DNA from: Candidatus Eiseniibacteriota bacterium
GTDB taxonomy: Bacteria > Eisenbacteria > RBG-16-71-46 > CAZAMP01
Length of the DNA stretch: 64,000 nucleotides
NCBI GenBank assembly: GCA_965224245.1
Contig: OZ245046.1
Location: 608,001-672,000, forward strand
Reading direction: 5' to 3'
The notes under the pieces are model-generated. The model made no database searches, was not told where the DNA came from, and saw only the letters and a program-made list of their open reading frames with translations. Positions 1 to 8,973 of the stretch are shown in pieces (within the stretch, counting starts at the first letter, position 1; each line of letters begins with the position of its first letter). The position numbers and the translations under genes were made by a program.

Positions 1-1191
1 GTCGGCCATGCGCGAGACGAGCTGTCTCTGATAGCCCGGGAGGCGGCCGTAGCCACCGGTCTTCAACAGATCCGAGCAGACCGTGATCGGCGTCAGCCCG
101 ATCGCGACCGCGTCGGCGAAGTTCGCCCGATCGATCCCGGCCGAGAACGAGATGGGGATTCGTCCCCCGAAGTGGCGGCGGAACCGCCGGACGAGTGACA
201 TCGCCAGCACGTGGAGGGGAGGGCCCGAGAGGTACACCTCGTCGAGGTCGGTCGGCAGGAATCCCCGGTGGTTCTCCACGATCAGCGTGTTCGAGAACTT
301 AACGCCGAACCCGAGCCCCAGCGAGGCCGCGGTCCTCTCGAGTCGCTCGACGATCTCGACCGCCTGCTGCCAGGTCGCGTCGCGCTCGAAGGCGCGATCG
401 GGCACACGGATGTCGGTGTAGCCGAGCGTGTCGTGCAGAAGGCCCCGCGTTTCGGACGCGCCCAGCAGCATCGGGTTGAACTTGACCACACAATCGACGC
501 CGAGCTCGCGCATCAGGAAGTCGAGGATGCGCTCGATCTCGTCCGGCGGGCAGCCGTGAAACGTGCTCAACGTGATCGAGCCCGAGAGTCGGGCCGGGAA
601 ATCGAGATCGCCGAGGGGCCGGAGCTCGGGCGGGATCTCCCGGCGGAGGCGCTCGATCGTCGGCCGTGCGTCCAGCATCCCCCGGACGAACGCGAGCACG
701 CGCTCGCTCTGGATGCCCGCGAGGTCGTAGCCGACGCTCATGTCGTAGAGCGTGTCGTGAAAACCGTCGTCGAGATCGATCCGGCCGCTGGCCCGGAGCA
801 TCTCGATCAGCATGGCGCCCTTCACGTACTCGTCCAGGGACTCGTGGAGCTTCAGCTCCTGCGACCACTCGGCGTTGTAGCCGATGGTCTGCATGTCGAT
901 GCACGGCCTCGGGATGTCGAGCTCGTCGTTCGTCTGGACGGTCTTCAGCTCCAGAATGCGACCGCCGGCCAGCCAGGACAGGACGAGGTTCTGAGCCATC
1001 TGGGTCTGGGGGCCGGCCGCCGGCCCCAGCGGACTCGAGGCCCGGCGCCCGTGAAACCGCACCGAGAGATCCGCCGCCGAACCCGGGTAGAACTTCCGGC
1101 GCGGCAGGTCGAAGATCGCGTCGTTGCGATCCAGCTCCAGGAACATCCGGCGCGCCAGGGCGCCGAACGGATGCGGGACGAGTTCGGCCAT
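1..1191 (-). CDS. ygfK: YgfK-like oxidoreductase (putative selenate reductase / dihydropyrimidine dehydrogenase-like), runs off the window's left edge
   Basis: Not in the ORF track because it is open at the edge. Manual translation from ATG 1191: MAELVPHPFGALARRMFLEL...SPLGPAAGPQTQMAQNLVLSWLAGGRILELKTVQ...PRPCID...GYNAEWSQEL...TPITVCSDLLKTGGYGRL, the YgfK N-terminal domain motifs. Divergent from Xdh genes. Confidence 0.85.
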   Translation of the reverse strand, partial: MAELVPHPFGALARRMFLELDRNDAIFDLPRRKFYPGSAADLSVRFHGRRASSPLGPAAGPQTQMAQNLVLSWLAGGRILELKTVQTNDELDIPRPCIDMQTIGYNAEWSQELKLHESLDEYVKGAMLIEMLRASGRIDLDDGFHDTLYDMSVGYDLAGIQSERVLAFVRGMLDARPTIERLRREIPPELRPLGDLDFPARLSGSITLSTFHGCPPDEIERILDFLMRELGVDCVVKFNPMLLGASETRGLLHDTLGYTDIRVPDRAFERDATWQQAVEIVERLERTAASLGLGFGVKFSNTLIVENHRGFLPTDLDEVYLSGPPLHVLAMSLVRRFRRHFGGRIPISFSAGIDRANFADAVAIGLTPITVCSDLLKTGGYGRLPGYQRQLVSRMAD

Positions 1192-1197
1192 GACCGC

Positions 1198-1236
1198 ATT
1201 CTCGCAGATGACCCGATGGGGCCGGAAGCGTACAAT
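1198..1236. promoter_or_regulatory. Divergent -10 elements, probably giving leaderless transcripts for ygfK and the xdh operon
   Basis: + strand TACAAT (1231-1236) lies 8 nt before ATG 1245. - strand TGcGAGAAT (1206-1198) lies 6 nt before ATG 1191. Neither start has a Shine-Dalgarno. Confidence 0.5.
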
Positions 1237-1244
1237 GCCGCCCC

Positions 1245-3479
1245 ATGACGACCGTGGGAACGAATGTGCACCGCGCCGAAGGTCCGGCGAAGATCGCCGG
1301 CACCGCCCGCTACGTCGACGACATCGACGTCCCCGGCTGCCTGCATGGCGTGACGCTCCGAGCTTCCGTCCCGCGCGGCGTCATCGAGGCGATCGATCTG
1401 GACCCGGACTTCCCGTGGGACGAGTACGTGATCGTGCGCGCGTCGGACATCCCCGGCCGCAACGTGGTCGCGCTGATCCGGGATGATCAGCCGATCCTGG
1501 CCGACGGCGTCGTCAACCACGCGATGGAGCCCATCGCGCTCCTGGCCCACCCGGATCGTTCCCGGGCGTACGAGGCGCTCGAACACCTTCACGTGCGCTA
1601 CGCACCGCTCCCTCCGGTGCTGACGATCGACGAGTCGCTCGCCGCGCACGAGGTCATCCACGGCGACGACAACGTGATGACGACGCTCACGATCGAGAAG
1701 GGCGACGTCGCCGGCGGCCTGGCGAGCGCCCACGCGATCGTCGAGAGCGGCTACGCCGTGCCGCACCAGGAGCAGGTCTACATCGAGAACAACGGCATGA
1801 TCGCCCGGGTCGACGACGACGGTCGAATCGTGGTGACGGGGTCGATGCAATGCCCGTTCTACGTCTCGAAGGCGCTGGCCGTCGCCCTCGGCCGGAGCGA
1901 GGACGCCGTGCGCGTCGTGCAGGCGGTCACCGGCGGCGGCTTCGGGGGCAAGGAGGAGTACCCGAGCATCCTCGCGATTCACGCCGCACTCCTCACGCTG
2001 GCCGCGGGGCGACCGGTCAAGATGATCTACGACCGGCACGAGGACATGCTGGCGACCACGAAGCGACATCCGGCACGCGTCCGACATCGAACCGGCGTCG
2101 ATGCCGACGGCCGGCTCCTGGCCCAGGAGATCGACGTCGTCATGGACGCCGGGGCGTACGTGACGCTGTCCCCGGTCGTGCTCTCGCGCGGCATCCTGCA
2201 CGCGACGGGCCCCTATTCCTGTCCGAACGTACGCGTGACCGCACGGGCGGTCGCCACGAACACGCCTCCGAACGGCGCATTCCGGGGCTTCGGTGCTCCC
2301 CAGACCCTGTTCGCGGCCGAGCTCCAGTGGGAGCGGATCGCCGACGCCACCGGCATCGACGCGCTCACGCTCCGCCGGCGCAACCTCGTGCGGCCGGGCT
2401 CGGTGCTGTCCACCGGGCAGGTGCTCACCGAGTCGGTGGGGGCGTCGGAGGTGCTGGAACGCACCGTCGCCCATAGCGACTACGAGCGCCGTCGTCGCGA
2501 GCACGCCCGGTGGAATCGATCGCGCACGAACCCGACGTGGCGGGGCATCGGTCTCGCCGTCGTGCACCACGGATCGGGCTTCACCGGCAGCGGCGAGGTC
2601 ATGCTCGCCAGCCGCGCCGCGGTGACGGTGACCCGCGACGGTCGGGTTCGCGTGGATGCGGCATCCACGGAGATCGGGCAGGGCACGATCAGCCTGTTCC
2701 GGCAGATCGCGGCCGACGCGATGGAGATCCCGATCGAACGCGTGGAGGTCGCACGGCCCGATACGTCGGCCGTGCCCGACAGTGGGCCGACGGTGGCCAG
2801 TCGCACGTGCATGGTCGTGGGCGCGCTCGTCCGCGATGCGGCCCTCAAGGCCCGAGCGGCGCTGACACAGGCGGTCGGTGGCACGTTTCCGGACACTCCG
2901 GCCGCCTTCGCCGCCGCCGCGCGGCAGGTCACCGGCGACGCGCCGGAGCGCGCATTCACCAGCACCTACCAGAAGCCGGACGAGATCACCTGGGACGAGA
3001 CGACCTATCGCGGGGACGCTTACGCCGTCTACGGCTACGCGGCCGCGGCGGTGGATCTCGAGGTGGATCGACGGACGTACGAGGTCACCGTCCGTCACGT
3101 CACGACGGCGCACGACGTGGGGAAGGCCGTCAACCCGCTCTTCGTGGAGGGGCAGATCATCGGGGGCCTGACGCAGGGGCTCGGCTGGGCGCTCCTGGAG
3201 AACGCCGTCTACGAGGACGGCGCGCTCGCGAATGCCCAGCTCACGAACTACATCATCCCCACGGCGCCGGACACCCCGCCGATGACGGTGGACATCGTGG
3301 AGATGCCCTACTCGCGGGGTCCGTTCGGTGCCAAGGGGGTCGGCGAGATTCCGATGGACGTTCCCGCGCCGGCGGTCGCGGCCGCCGTGCGGCAGGCCAC
3401 GGGCGCGCTGTTCACCACGCTGCCCATCCTACCAGAGGTCATCGCGGATCGCCTGAACGGCTCCGGAGGCGTCGGATGA
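1245..3479 (+). CDS. Xanthine dehydrogenase family molybdopterin-binding large subunit
   Basis: 744 aa; motifs G.ARYVDD, QEQVYIE, GGGFGGK, AFRGFG, EIGQG, SGPTVASR, EGQIIGG..QG.G, GAKGVGE (catalytic Glu). Confidence 0.95.
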   Translation: MTTVGTNVHRAEGPAKIAGTARYVDDIDVPGCLHGVTLRASVPRGVIEAIDLDPDFPWDEYVIVRASDIPGRNVVALIRDDQPILADGVVNHAMEPIALLAHPDRSRAYEALEHLHVRYAPLPPVLTIDESLAAHEVIHGDDNVMTTLTIEKGDVAGGLASAHAIVESGYAVPHQEQVYIENNGMIARVDDDGRIVVTGSMQCPFYVSKALAVALGRSEDAVRVVQAVTGGGFGGKEEYPSILAIHAALLTLAAGRPVKMIYDRHEDMLATTKRHPARVRHRTGVDADGRLLAQEIDVVMDAGAYVTLSPVVLSRGILHATGPYSCPNVRVTARAVATNTPPNGAFRGFGAPQTLFAAELQWERIADATGIDALTLRRRNLVRPGSVLSTGQVLTESVGASEVLERTVAHSDYERRRREHARWNRSRTNPTWRGIGLAVVHHGSGFTGSGEVMLASRAAVTVTRDGRVRVDAASTEIGQGTISLFRQIAADAMEIPIERVEVARPDTSAVPDSGPTVASRTCMVVGALVRDAALKARAALTQAVGGTFPDTPAAFAAAARQVTGDAPERAFTSTYQKPDEITWDETTYRGDAYAVYGYAAAAVDLEVDRRTYEVTVRHVTTAHDVGKAVNPLFVEGQIIGGLTQGLGWALLENAVYEDGALANAQLTNYIIPTAPDTPPMTVDIVEMPYSRGPFGAKGVGEIPMDVPAPAVAAAVRQATGALFTTLPILPEVIADRLNGSGGVG

Positions 3480-4027
3480 TCGCGTTCACGCTCAACGGCA
3501 CCTCTCGCCGTTTCGACGGTCACCCCTTCACGCGACTCATCGACGTGCTCCGCGAGACGTACGGTCTGACGGGCACCAAGGAGGGCTGCGGCGAAGGCGA
3601 GTGCGGCGCCTGCACGGTGCTCGTGAACGGACGGCCGGTGAACAGCTGTCTGATCCCGATCGGGCAGCTGGACGGCGCACGCATACGCACGATCGAGGGC
3701 ATCGCGAGTGCCTCACGACCCACCGCGCTTCAGAAGGCGTTTCTGGCCGAGGGGGCCGCGCAGTGCGGCATCTGCACGCCCGGGATGATGGTCGCGGCTC
3801 ACGCGTGGGTCGCATCGGGTGGCGGCCCGGATCCGGACGCGATCCGGCGTCAGATCGCCGGCAACCTGTGCCGCTGCACCGGCTACCAGCACATCGTCGA
3901 CGCGATCGCGCGCGCCGCCCGCGAGCGAGACGAGCGGGCACGTCGCCGGGCGAGCGCTCGGCGGAAGAGGGCGCGGACTGCCGCGGCGACGCGCCGCGGG
4001 GCCCGCCGATCGAGGCGGGCGTCGTGA
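3476..4027 (+). CDS. Xanthine dehydrogenase family (2Fe-2S) small subunit
   Basis: ATG 3476 overlaps the upstream stop (ATGA); GTKEGCGEGECGACTV, QCGICTPG, GNLCRCTGY; Arg-rich tail. Confidence 0.95.
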   Translation: MIAFTLNGTSRRFDGHPFTRLIDVLRETYGLTGTKEGCGEGECGACTVLVNGRPVNSCLIPIGQLDGARIRTIEGIASASRPTALQKAFLAEGAAQCGICTPGMMVAAHAWVASGGGPDPDAIRRQIAGNLCRCTGYQHIVDAIARAARERDERARRRASARRKRARTAAATRRGARRSRRAS

Positions 4028-4881
4028 GGGGCATCGCCGAGAGCATGCGGATGGTTCGCGCGACCCGCGCCCGCGACGCGCTCGAGGCGATGGCCGCCGA
4101 GCCGTCGTCGTTGCCGATCGCCGGCGGCACCGATGTGATGGTCGGGTGGAACGCCGGACAGCTCAACGATCGCTCGGTGGTCGACATCTCCGGAGTGTCG
4201 GCGTGGAAGGGCATCCGCGAGACACCCACCGGGCTCGTGGTCGGCGCGCTGGCCACGTTCGCCGACCTCCAGGCGCACGAGACCCTCTCGAGGCGATTCC
4301 CGCTTCTCGTCGAGGCGAGCCGCTGGATTGGAGGCGCGCAGATCCAGAACCGGGGCACCCTGGGCGGGAACGTCGCGAACGCGTCGCCGGCGGGGGACTC
4401 GTTTCCGCCGCTGGCCGTCTACGACGCCCGCGTGCGCGTGCAGTCGGTGTCGGGACGGCGCGAGGTCCCGCTTCTCGACATCTTCGCCGGCGTCAAGCGC
4501 ACCACGCTCGCGCCCGGCGAGCTGATCACCGGGATCGAGCTGCCGTTTCTCCGTGCGCGACCCACGCGCCAGCTCGTGCGCAAGGTGGGCACGCGAGCCG
4601 CGCAGGCCATCTCGAAGACGATCGTCGCCGGTGCGCTCTGGCGCCGCCGCGACGGAGCGATCCGTGAGCTGCGGGTCGCACTCGGCAGCATGGCGCCGAC
4701 GGTCCGGCGGCTCCGTGCGACCGAGGCGTTCGTTCAGGGACGGAGGCCGACGCCGAAGGTCGTCCGTGAGGCGATCGCCCTGATCGAGGAGGACGTGTCA
4801 CCGATCGACGACCTCCGTTCCACGCGCGAGTATCGCCTCGTCGTGGCCCGGAACCTGATCGCGGGGCTCCTCAGGGACTGA
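4024..4881 (+). CDS. Xanthine dehydrogenase family FAD-binding medium subunit
   Basis: GTGA overlap at 4024 (alternative ATG 4045); IAGGTD, QIQNRGTLGGNVANASPAGD, SPIDDLRSTREYR. Confidence 0.93.
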   Translation: MRGIAESMRMVRATRARDALEAMAAEPSSLPIAGGTDVMVGWNAGQLNDRSVVDISGVSAWKGIRETPTGLVVGALATFADLQAHETLSRRFPLLVEASRWIGGAQIQNRGTLGGNVANASPAGDSFPPLAVYDARVRVQSVSGRREVPLLDIFAGVKRTTLAPGELITGIELPFLRARPTRQLVRKVGTRAAQAISKTIVAGALWRRRDGAIRELRVALGSMAPTVRRLRATEAFVQGRRPTPKVVREAIALIEEDVSPIDDLRSTREYRLVVARNLIAGLLRD

Positions 4882-5440
4882 GGTTCCAGTTCTCGCCGAC
4901 GATCGGCATGTCGACGTCCACCCGGTACACGCGCCGTTCCCGGAGCCAGTGATCGAGGCGGTCGGCGTCGGGGTCCAGCCCTGCCAGCGCCCCGGCCACG
5001 CGCGGCGAGAGCAGGACCGGGTGACCGCCTCGACCCTCGAACACCGGCACGATCGCGTCGACGTCGCCGGCCGTCTCGCGCGCCTCGAGGAGTCGATCGA
5101 ACGGCGCGTCGTCCCAGAGTGGCATGTCGACGTGGTACACGAAGCTCCACACGTCGAGCGGCACGGCCGCGAGGAGCGCGATGAGCGATGCGAGCGGGGC
5201 CCGGTCCGGATCGACGGCGACCCAGGTGACGCCGGACGGCGACCCGCCGAGCGTCCGACATCGCTCGAGCCAGCCCGGCTGCACGGAGATCGCGGCCCGA
5301 AACGCCGCACGCGACGACAGGAACGTGACGTGGCGCTCGAGGAGCGATCGGCCATCGACCTCACGCCACGCCTTCGGACCGCCCGCGCGGCGGCCGTGCC
5401 CGGCCGCGAGGAGGTACACGCCGATCGGCGCCGCGCTCAC
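4871..5440 (-). CDS. MocA/MobA-like nucleotidyltransferase (molybdenum cofactor cytidylyltransferase)
   Basis: GTG 5440 overlaps the xdhC stop; LLAAGHGRRAGGPKA, HVDMP, GRGGHPVL. Confidence 0.85.
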   Translation of the reverse strand: MSAAPIGVYLLAAGHGRRAGGPKAWREVDGRSLLERHVTFLSSRAAFRAAISVQPGWLERCRTLGGSPSGVTWVAVDPDRAPLASLIALLAAVPLDVWSFVYHVDMPLWDDAPFDRLLEARETAGDVDAIVPVFEGRGGHPVLLSPRVAGALAGLDPDADRLDHWLRERRVYRVDVDMPIVGENWNLSP

Positions 5441-6372
5441 CGTCGATCCGATTCGGGGGCGCCGGTGGGTGAGTCGAGCTCGGGCGCCGTCGCGACGCCG
5501 CCGGCGTCCGATTTGCCGTCGGATGTGTGGCGTGCCCCGGCGGGATCCGCACGGACGAGGCCGTCGCGTGACGTCGCACGTGCGACCCGACCGAACGCCC
5601 ACACGTCGAGGAGCTCCGAGGCGATGGCGATCGCGATCGCCTTCGGCGACTTGCTGGGGACGGGACGCCCCATCGGGCAGTGCACGGTCTCGTCCCACGA
5701 ACGCGTGAGACGCTCGGCCATGACGGGGTCGGGGTCGGCGCCCAGCCGCGCCCGGAACACGCGGGCCTTGTGTCGCGATCCGATGACGCCCAGGTATCCG
5801 ACCGGCCGGTCGAGAAAGTGTCGGGCCAGCTCGAGATCGAGATCGTGGCTGTGCGTGAGGATGCAGACCGCGTCGCGCCGGTCCGGGCGAAGCTCGCGCG
5901 CGTACGACATGGGGTCGGCGCCGTGCACGCGGACGCCATTCGGCCACGATCGCTCGGTGGACCAGTTGGGTCGTGCGTCGATGACGTGCGGCTCGAGCGG
6001 CAGCCCGGCCAGCACCTGCATCAGCGCGCCGCCGACATGACCGCCGCCGAAGACGTGGACGCGGGCGGGACGCGGCACGTACTCGAAGAAGACCTCGGCG
6101 CGGCCACCGCAGCACTGCCGCATCTCCCGACACAGCACGTACTCCTCGACGTGGGCCGTCGGCTCGTCGGCCACGAAGAGCTCCAGCGCGTGGGCGAGGA
6201 CGCGCCGCTCGAACTCGCCGCCGCCCAGCGTACCGATCGCGCCGTCGCGGCTGACCCACATTCGCGCCCCGACCTCCTGAGGGTGATGGCCCGAGACGCG
6301 GATGATCGTGCACATGACGCCGGGGCGCGGAAGGTCGCGCCAGAAGTCACCCGCGGTCCTCGAATCCTGCAT
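5437..6372 (-). CDS. xdhC: XdhC/CoxI family xanthine dehydrogenase accessory (Moco insertion) protein
   Basis: ATG 6372 after GAGGAGGA; GTLGGGEFE, CCGG, VFGGGHVG, ILTHSHDLD, YLGVIGS, CPMG, KSPKAIAIAIASELL. Confidence 0.92.
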   Translation of the reverse strand: MQDSRTAGDFWRDLPRPGVMCTIIRVSGHHPQEVGARMWVSRDGAIGTLGGGEFERRVLAHALELFVADEPTAHVEEYVLCREMRQCCGGRAEVFFEYVPRPARVHVFGGGHVGGALMQVLAGLPLEPHVIDARPNWSTERSWPNGVRVHGADPMSYARELRPDRRDAVCILTHSHDLDLELARHFLDRPVGYLGVIGSRHKARVFRARLGADPDPVMAERLTRSWDETVHCPMGRPVPSKSPKAIAIAIASELLDVWAFGRVARATSRDGLVRADPAGARHTSDGKSDAGGVATAPELDSPTGAPESDRR

Positions 6373-6478
6373 GCCCTCGATCCTCCTCCTCGCGGCGACC
6401 CGCCGTGCACGGCGTGACGCGCGACGCCGTGGCGCGCACGATCGATCACGATCCGGCACGCGGCCGATACGCCCGGCG

Positions 6479-6532
6479 AGTATAACGCGCGACCGCGTGA
6501 TCGGGGACAACTCCTCGATGACCGTGTATAGT
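6479..6532. promoter_or_regulatory. Divergent -10 boxes for xdhC-mocA (- strand TATACT) and the deaminase (+ strand TATAGT)
   Basis: AT-rich hexamers at 6479-6484 (-) and 6527-6532 (+) in a GC-rich intergenic region. Confidence 0.5.
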
Positions 6533-6558
6533 CGATCCATGACTCGACGAGCTGCGAC

Positions 6559-7206
6559 ATGACGCCGCCGTCAGGCGACGAAGGGGGGCGCGAGTCCGTC
6601 CCTGCTTCCGGAGCCGTGTCCTCGCGCTATCCGGGGCTGACGGTCCAGCTTCCCGGCTGGGTGGATGCCGTGGTCCCGGATCTGGACCACGTGTACCCGG
6701 GCGTCGAGGAGCGCATGGGGCTCGTGATCGAGCTCTCCCGCCTGAACGTCGAGCACGGCACCGGTGGTCCGTTCGGTGCCGCGATCTTCGACATGTCCAC
6801 GCGCACGTTGATCGCACCGGGCGTGAACGTCGTCCTGCGCACACACTGGTCGGGCGGACACGCCGAGATGGTCGCGTACGCCATCGCGCAGCAGGTGCTC
6901 GGCTCGCACGACCTCGGGGGGGAGGGGCTGCCGGCGGTCGAGATCGTCAGCAGCACCGAGCCCTGCTCGATGTGTCTGGGCGCCACGCCCTGGTCGGGCG
7001 TGCGCCGGCTGGTGTGCGGCGCGCGCGACGAGGACGCGCGGGCCGTCGGCTTCGACGAGGGACCCAAGCCGGGCGCATGGGTCGCCGAGCTCGAGGTGCG
7101 GGGCATCGAGGTCGTTCGGGACGTGCTCCGCGCTCGCGCCCGCGCGGTTCTGTCCGCGTATGTGTCCGCGGGCGGCCCGATCTACAACGGCCGGCATGGC
7201 GGCTGA
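6559..7206 (+). CDS. Zinc-dependent nucleobase deaminase, NE0047-type guanine deaminase
   Basis: GGPFGAA, HAE, EPCSMC, GFDEGP and C-terminal PIYNGR resemble the cytidine-deaminase-fold guanine deaminases; adjacent to the Xdh cluster. Confidence 0.85.
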   Translation: MTPPSGDEGGRESVPASGAVSSRYPGLTVQLPGWVDAVVPDLDHVYPGVEERMGLVIELSRLNVEHGTGGPFGAAIFDMSTRTLIAPGVNVVLRTHWSGGHAEMVAYAIAQQVLGSHDLGGEGLPAVEIVSSTEPCSMCLGATPWSGVRRLVCGARDEDARAVGFDEGPKPGAWVAELEVRGIEVVRDVLRARARAVLSAYVSAGGPIYNGRHGG

Positions 7207-7278
7207 CGTCGGCGTGCCGGACCCCGGCTCCGGGCCCCACAGGATCACCCCCGGTCACCGGCCGGCGCTCGTCGACGC

Positions 7279-8658
7279 TCAGATCTGGGGCTCGTACCGC
7301 GCGGTGAAGTGCCGGAGGAACGGCGCCTGGTCGACGATCCGGTAGGCCGGCAACCGCTCCCGATCGCGATACACGTCGGTCACCACCTCGACCACGTAGT
7401 CCATGTGGCTCTGCGTGTACACGCGTCTCGGGATGGCCAGGCGCACCAGCTCCTGGGGTCCGGGGTGCTCCTCGCCGGTCTCCGGGTCGTGCCGCCCGAA
7501 CATCGCGGTCCCGATCTCGACCGCACGGAGCCCGCCCCGCACGTACAGCTCCACGCAGATCGAGATGCCCGGGAAGTCGGTCGGCGCCAGATGGGGTGCC
7601 ATGCGCGCCGCGTCGACGTAGATCGCGTGGCCGCCGGGCGGCTGGAGGATCGGGACGTCCTCGCGCGTCAGATGCTCGCCGAGGTAGCCGGTCGACGTGA
7701 TCCGGTAGTGGAGGTAGTCCTCGTGCACGACCTCCTCGAGCCCGATCGCGATCGCGTCCAGGTCGCGTCCAGCCAGTCCGCCGTAGGTCGGGAAGCCCTC
7801 GGTGAGGATCAGGAGATCGCGCTCCTGCTTGGCCACGTCAAGATCGCGCGTGGCCAGGAAGCCGCCGATGTTGGTCATGCCGTCCTTCTTGGCCGACATC
7901 GTGCATCCGTCGGCCAGGGCGCACATCTCGCGCACGATCTCGCTGACGGTTCGCTCCTCCTGACCCGGCTCACGATGCTTGATCAGGTACGCGTTCTCGG
8001 CGATGCGGCACGCATCGAGGTACAGCGGCCGTCCGTACTCCTTGCAGATCGCCGACACCTCGCGGAGGTTCGCGAGCGAGACCGGCTGCCCGCCGCCCGA
8101 GTTGTTGGTGACGGTCATCATCACCAGCGGGATGCGCTCGCGCCCGTGCTCCTCGAGCGTCCGGCGGAGCGCGGCGGTGTCCATGTTGCCCTTGAACGGC
8201 GCCGGCGTGGCCAGGTCGCGCGACTCCGCGCAGGGGAGATCCAGAGCAACGGCGCCGGTGTACTCGACGTTCGCGCGCGTGGTGTCGAAGTGCGTGTTGT
8301 TGGGGACGACGTCGCCCGGCTTGCACACCACCGAGAACAGGATGCGTTCGGCGGCCCGCCCCTGGTGCGTGGGTATGACGTACGGGAAGCCGGTGAAGTC
8401 GTGCACGGCCTTCTCGAAGCGGTAGAACGACGGGCTTCCCGCGTACGACTCGTCGCCGCGCATGATGGCGCTCCACTGGCCGGTGCTCATGGCGCCGGTC
8501 CCGCTGTCGGTCAGGAGATCGATCAGCACATCGTCCGAGTGAAGGCGAAACACGTTGAACCCGGCGGCGGCGATCTTCTCGCGGCGCTCAGCCGGGGTCG
8601 TCATCGTGAGCGGCTCCACCGTCTTGATGCGGAACGGCTCGATGATCGTCTTGTACAT
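7279..8658 (-). CDS. tnaA: Tryptophanase (PLP-dependent beta-eliminating lyase)
   Basis: EPFRIK, DLLTDSGT, THQGR, MSAKKD (PLP Lys). Specificity positions FDTT, VEIG and LRHFTA match tryptophanase rather than tyrosine phenol-lyase (FTTT, MERG, LRFFTA). Confidence 0.9.
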   Translation of the reverse strand: MYKTIIEPFRIKTVEPLTMTTPAERREKIAAAGFNVFRLHSDDVLIDLLTDSGTGAMSTGQWSAIMRGDESYAGSPSFYRFEKAVHDFTGFPYVIPTHQGRAAERILFSVVCKPGDVVPNNTHFDTTRANVEYTGAVALDLPCAESRDLATPAPFKGNMDTAALRRTLEEHGRERIPLVMMTVTNNSGGGQPVSLANLREVSAICKEYGRPLYLDACRIAENAYLIKHREPGQEERTVSEIVREMCALADGCTMSAKKDGMTNIGGFLATRDLDVAKQERDLLILTEGFPTYGGLAGRDLDAIAIGLEEVVHEDYLHYRITSTGYLGEHLTREDVPILQPPGGHAIYVDAARMAPHLAPTDFPGISICVELYVRGGLRAVEIGTAMFGRHDPETGEEHPGPQELVRLAIPRRVYTQSHMDYVVEVVTDVYRDRERLPAYRIVDQAPFLRHFTARYEPQI

Positions 8659-8973
8659 GGTCTTCCCCAGTTCGGTGGTCTCGGGGGCTACTGTCGGTTC
8701 ACGGCGGATGATCCTAACGCCGTCGGCCGGTGCACGGCATACGTGGAAGCCCCTACATGACGGAGGGACGACTCACGTGGTTCGTGATAGGATTCCGTTC
8801 GGTAGCCGCTCGAACTCGAGATCCTGTCCGCGCCCGTGAGGGCGCCGGAGCCACCGGAGGGTCGAGGACGGCCCGGCCGACGGCACGACCGCTGTCTGCG
8901 GCGATCAGCGCACGGTCCCGATCCGCGAGACGACTCGGGGCACGATCAAGTCGCTCTACACCGGCTGGGGTGA

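Noticed and set aside
211-3113. Long alternative-frame ORFs (211..1248, 299..1303, 945..3113) and many similar ones across the window (e.g. 7309..8760, 20112..21833, 23244..25121, 29230..31485, 45619..48117, 60978..63362)
   Set aside because: Shadow ORFs of real genes caused by stop-codon scarcity at high GC; Arg/Pro/Ala-rich with no family motifs.
1-6372. Selenocysteine recoding in the Xdh/YgfK cluster
   Set aside because: The Xdh, MocA and XdhC frames are open, and I saw no in-frame TGA in the ygfK stretches translated by hand; no SECIS-like need.
6373-6472. Possible Moco or purine riboswitch in the xdhC leader
   Set aside because: Only one clear GC hairpin (CACGGCGT/ACGCCGTG); no recognisable riboswitch consensus.
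8659-8830. TnaC-like leader peptide upstream of tnaA
   Set aside because: Short ORFs found (M*, MPCTGRRR*) contain no Trp and no WxxxD...P-stop pattern.
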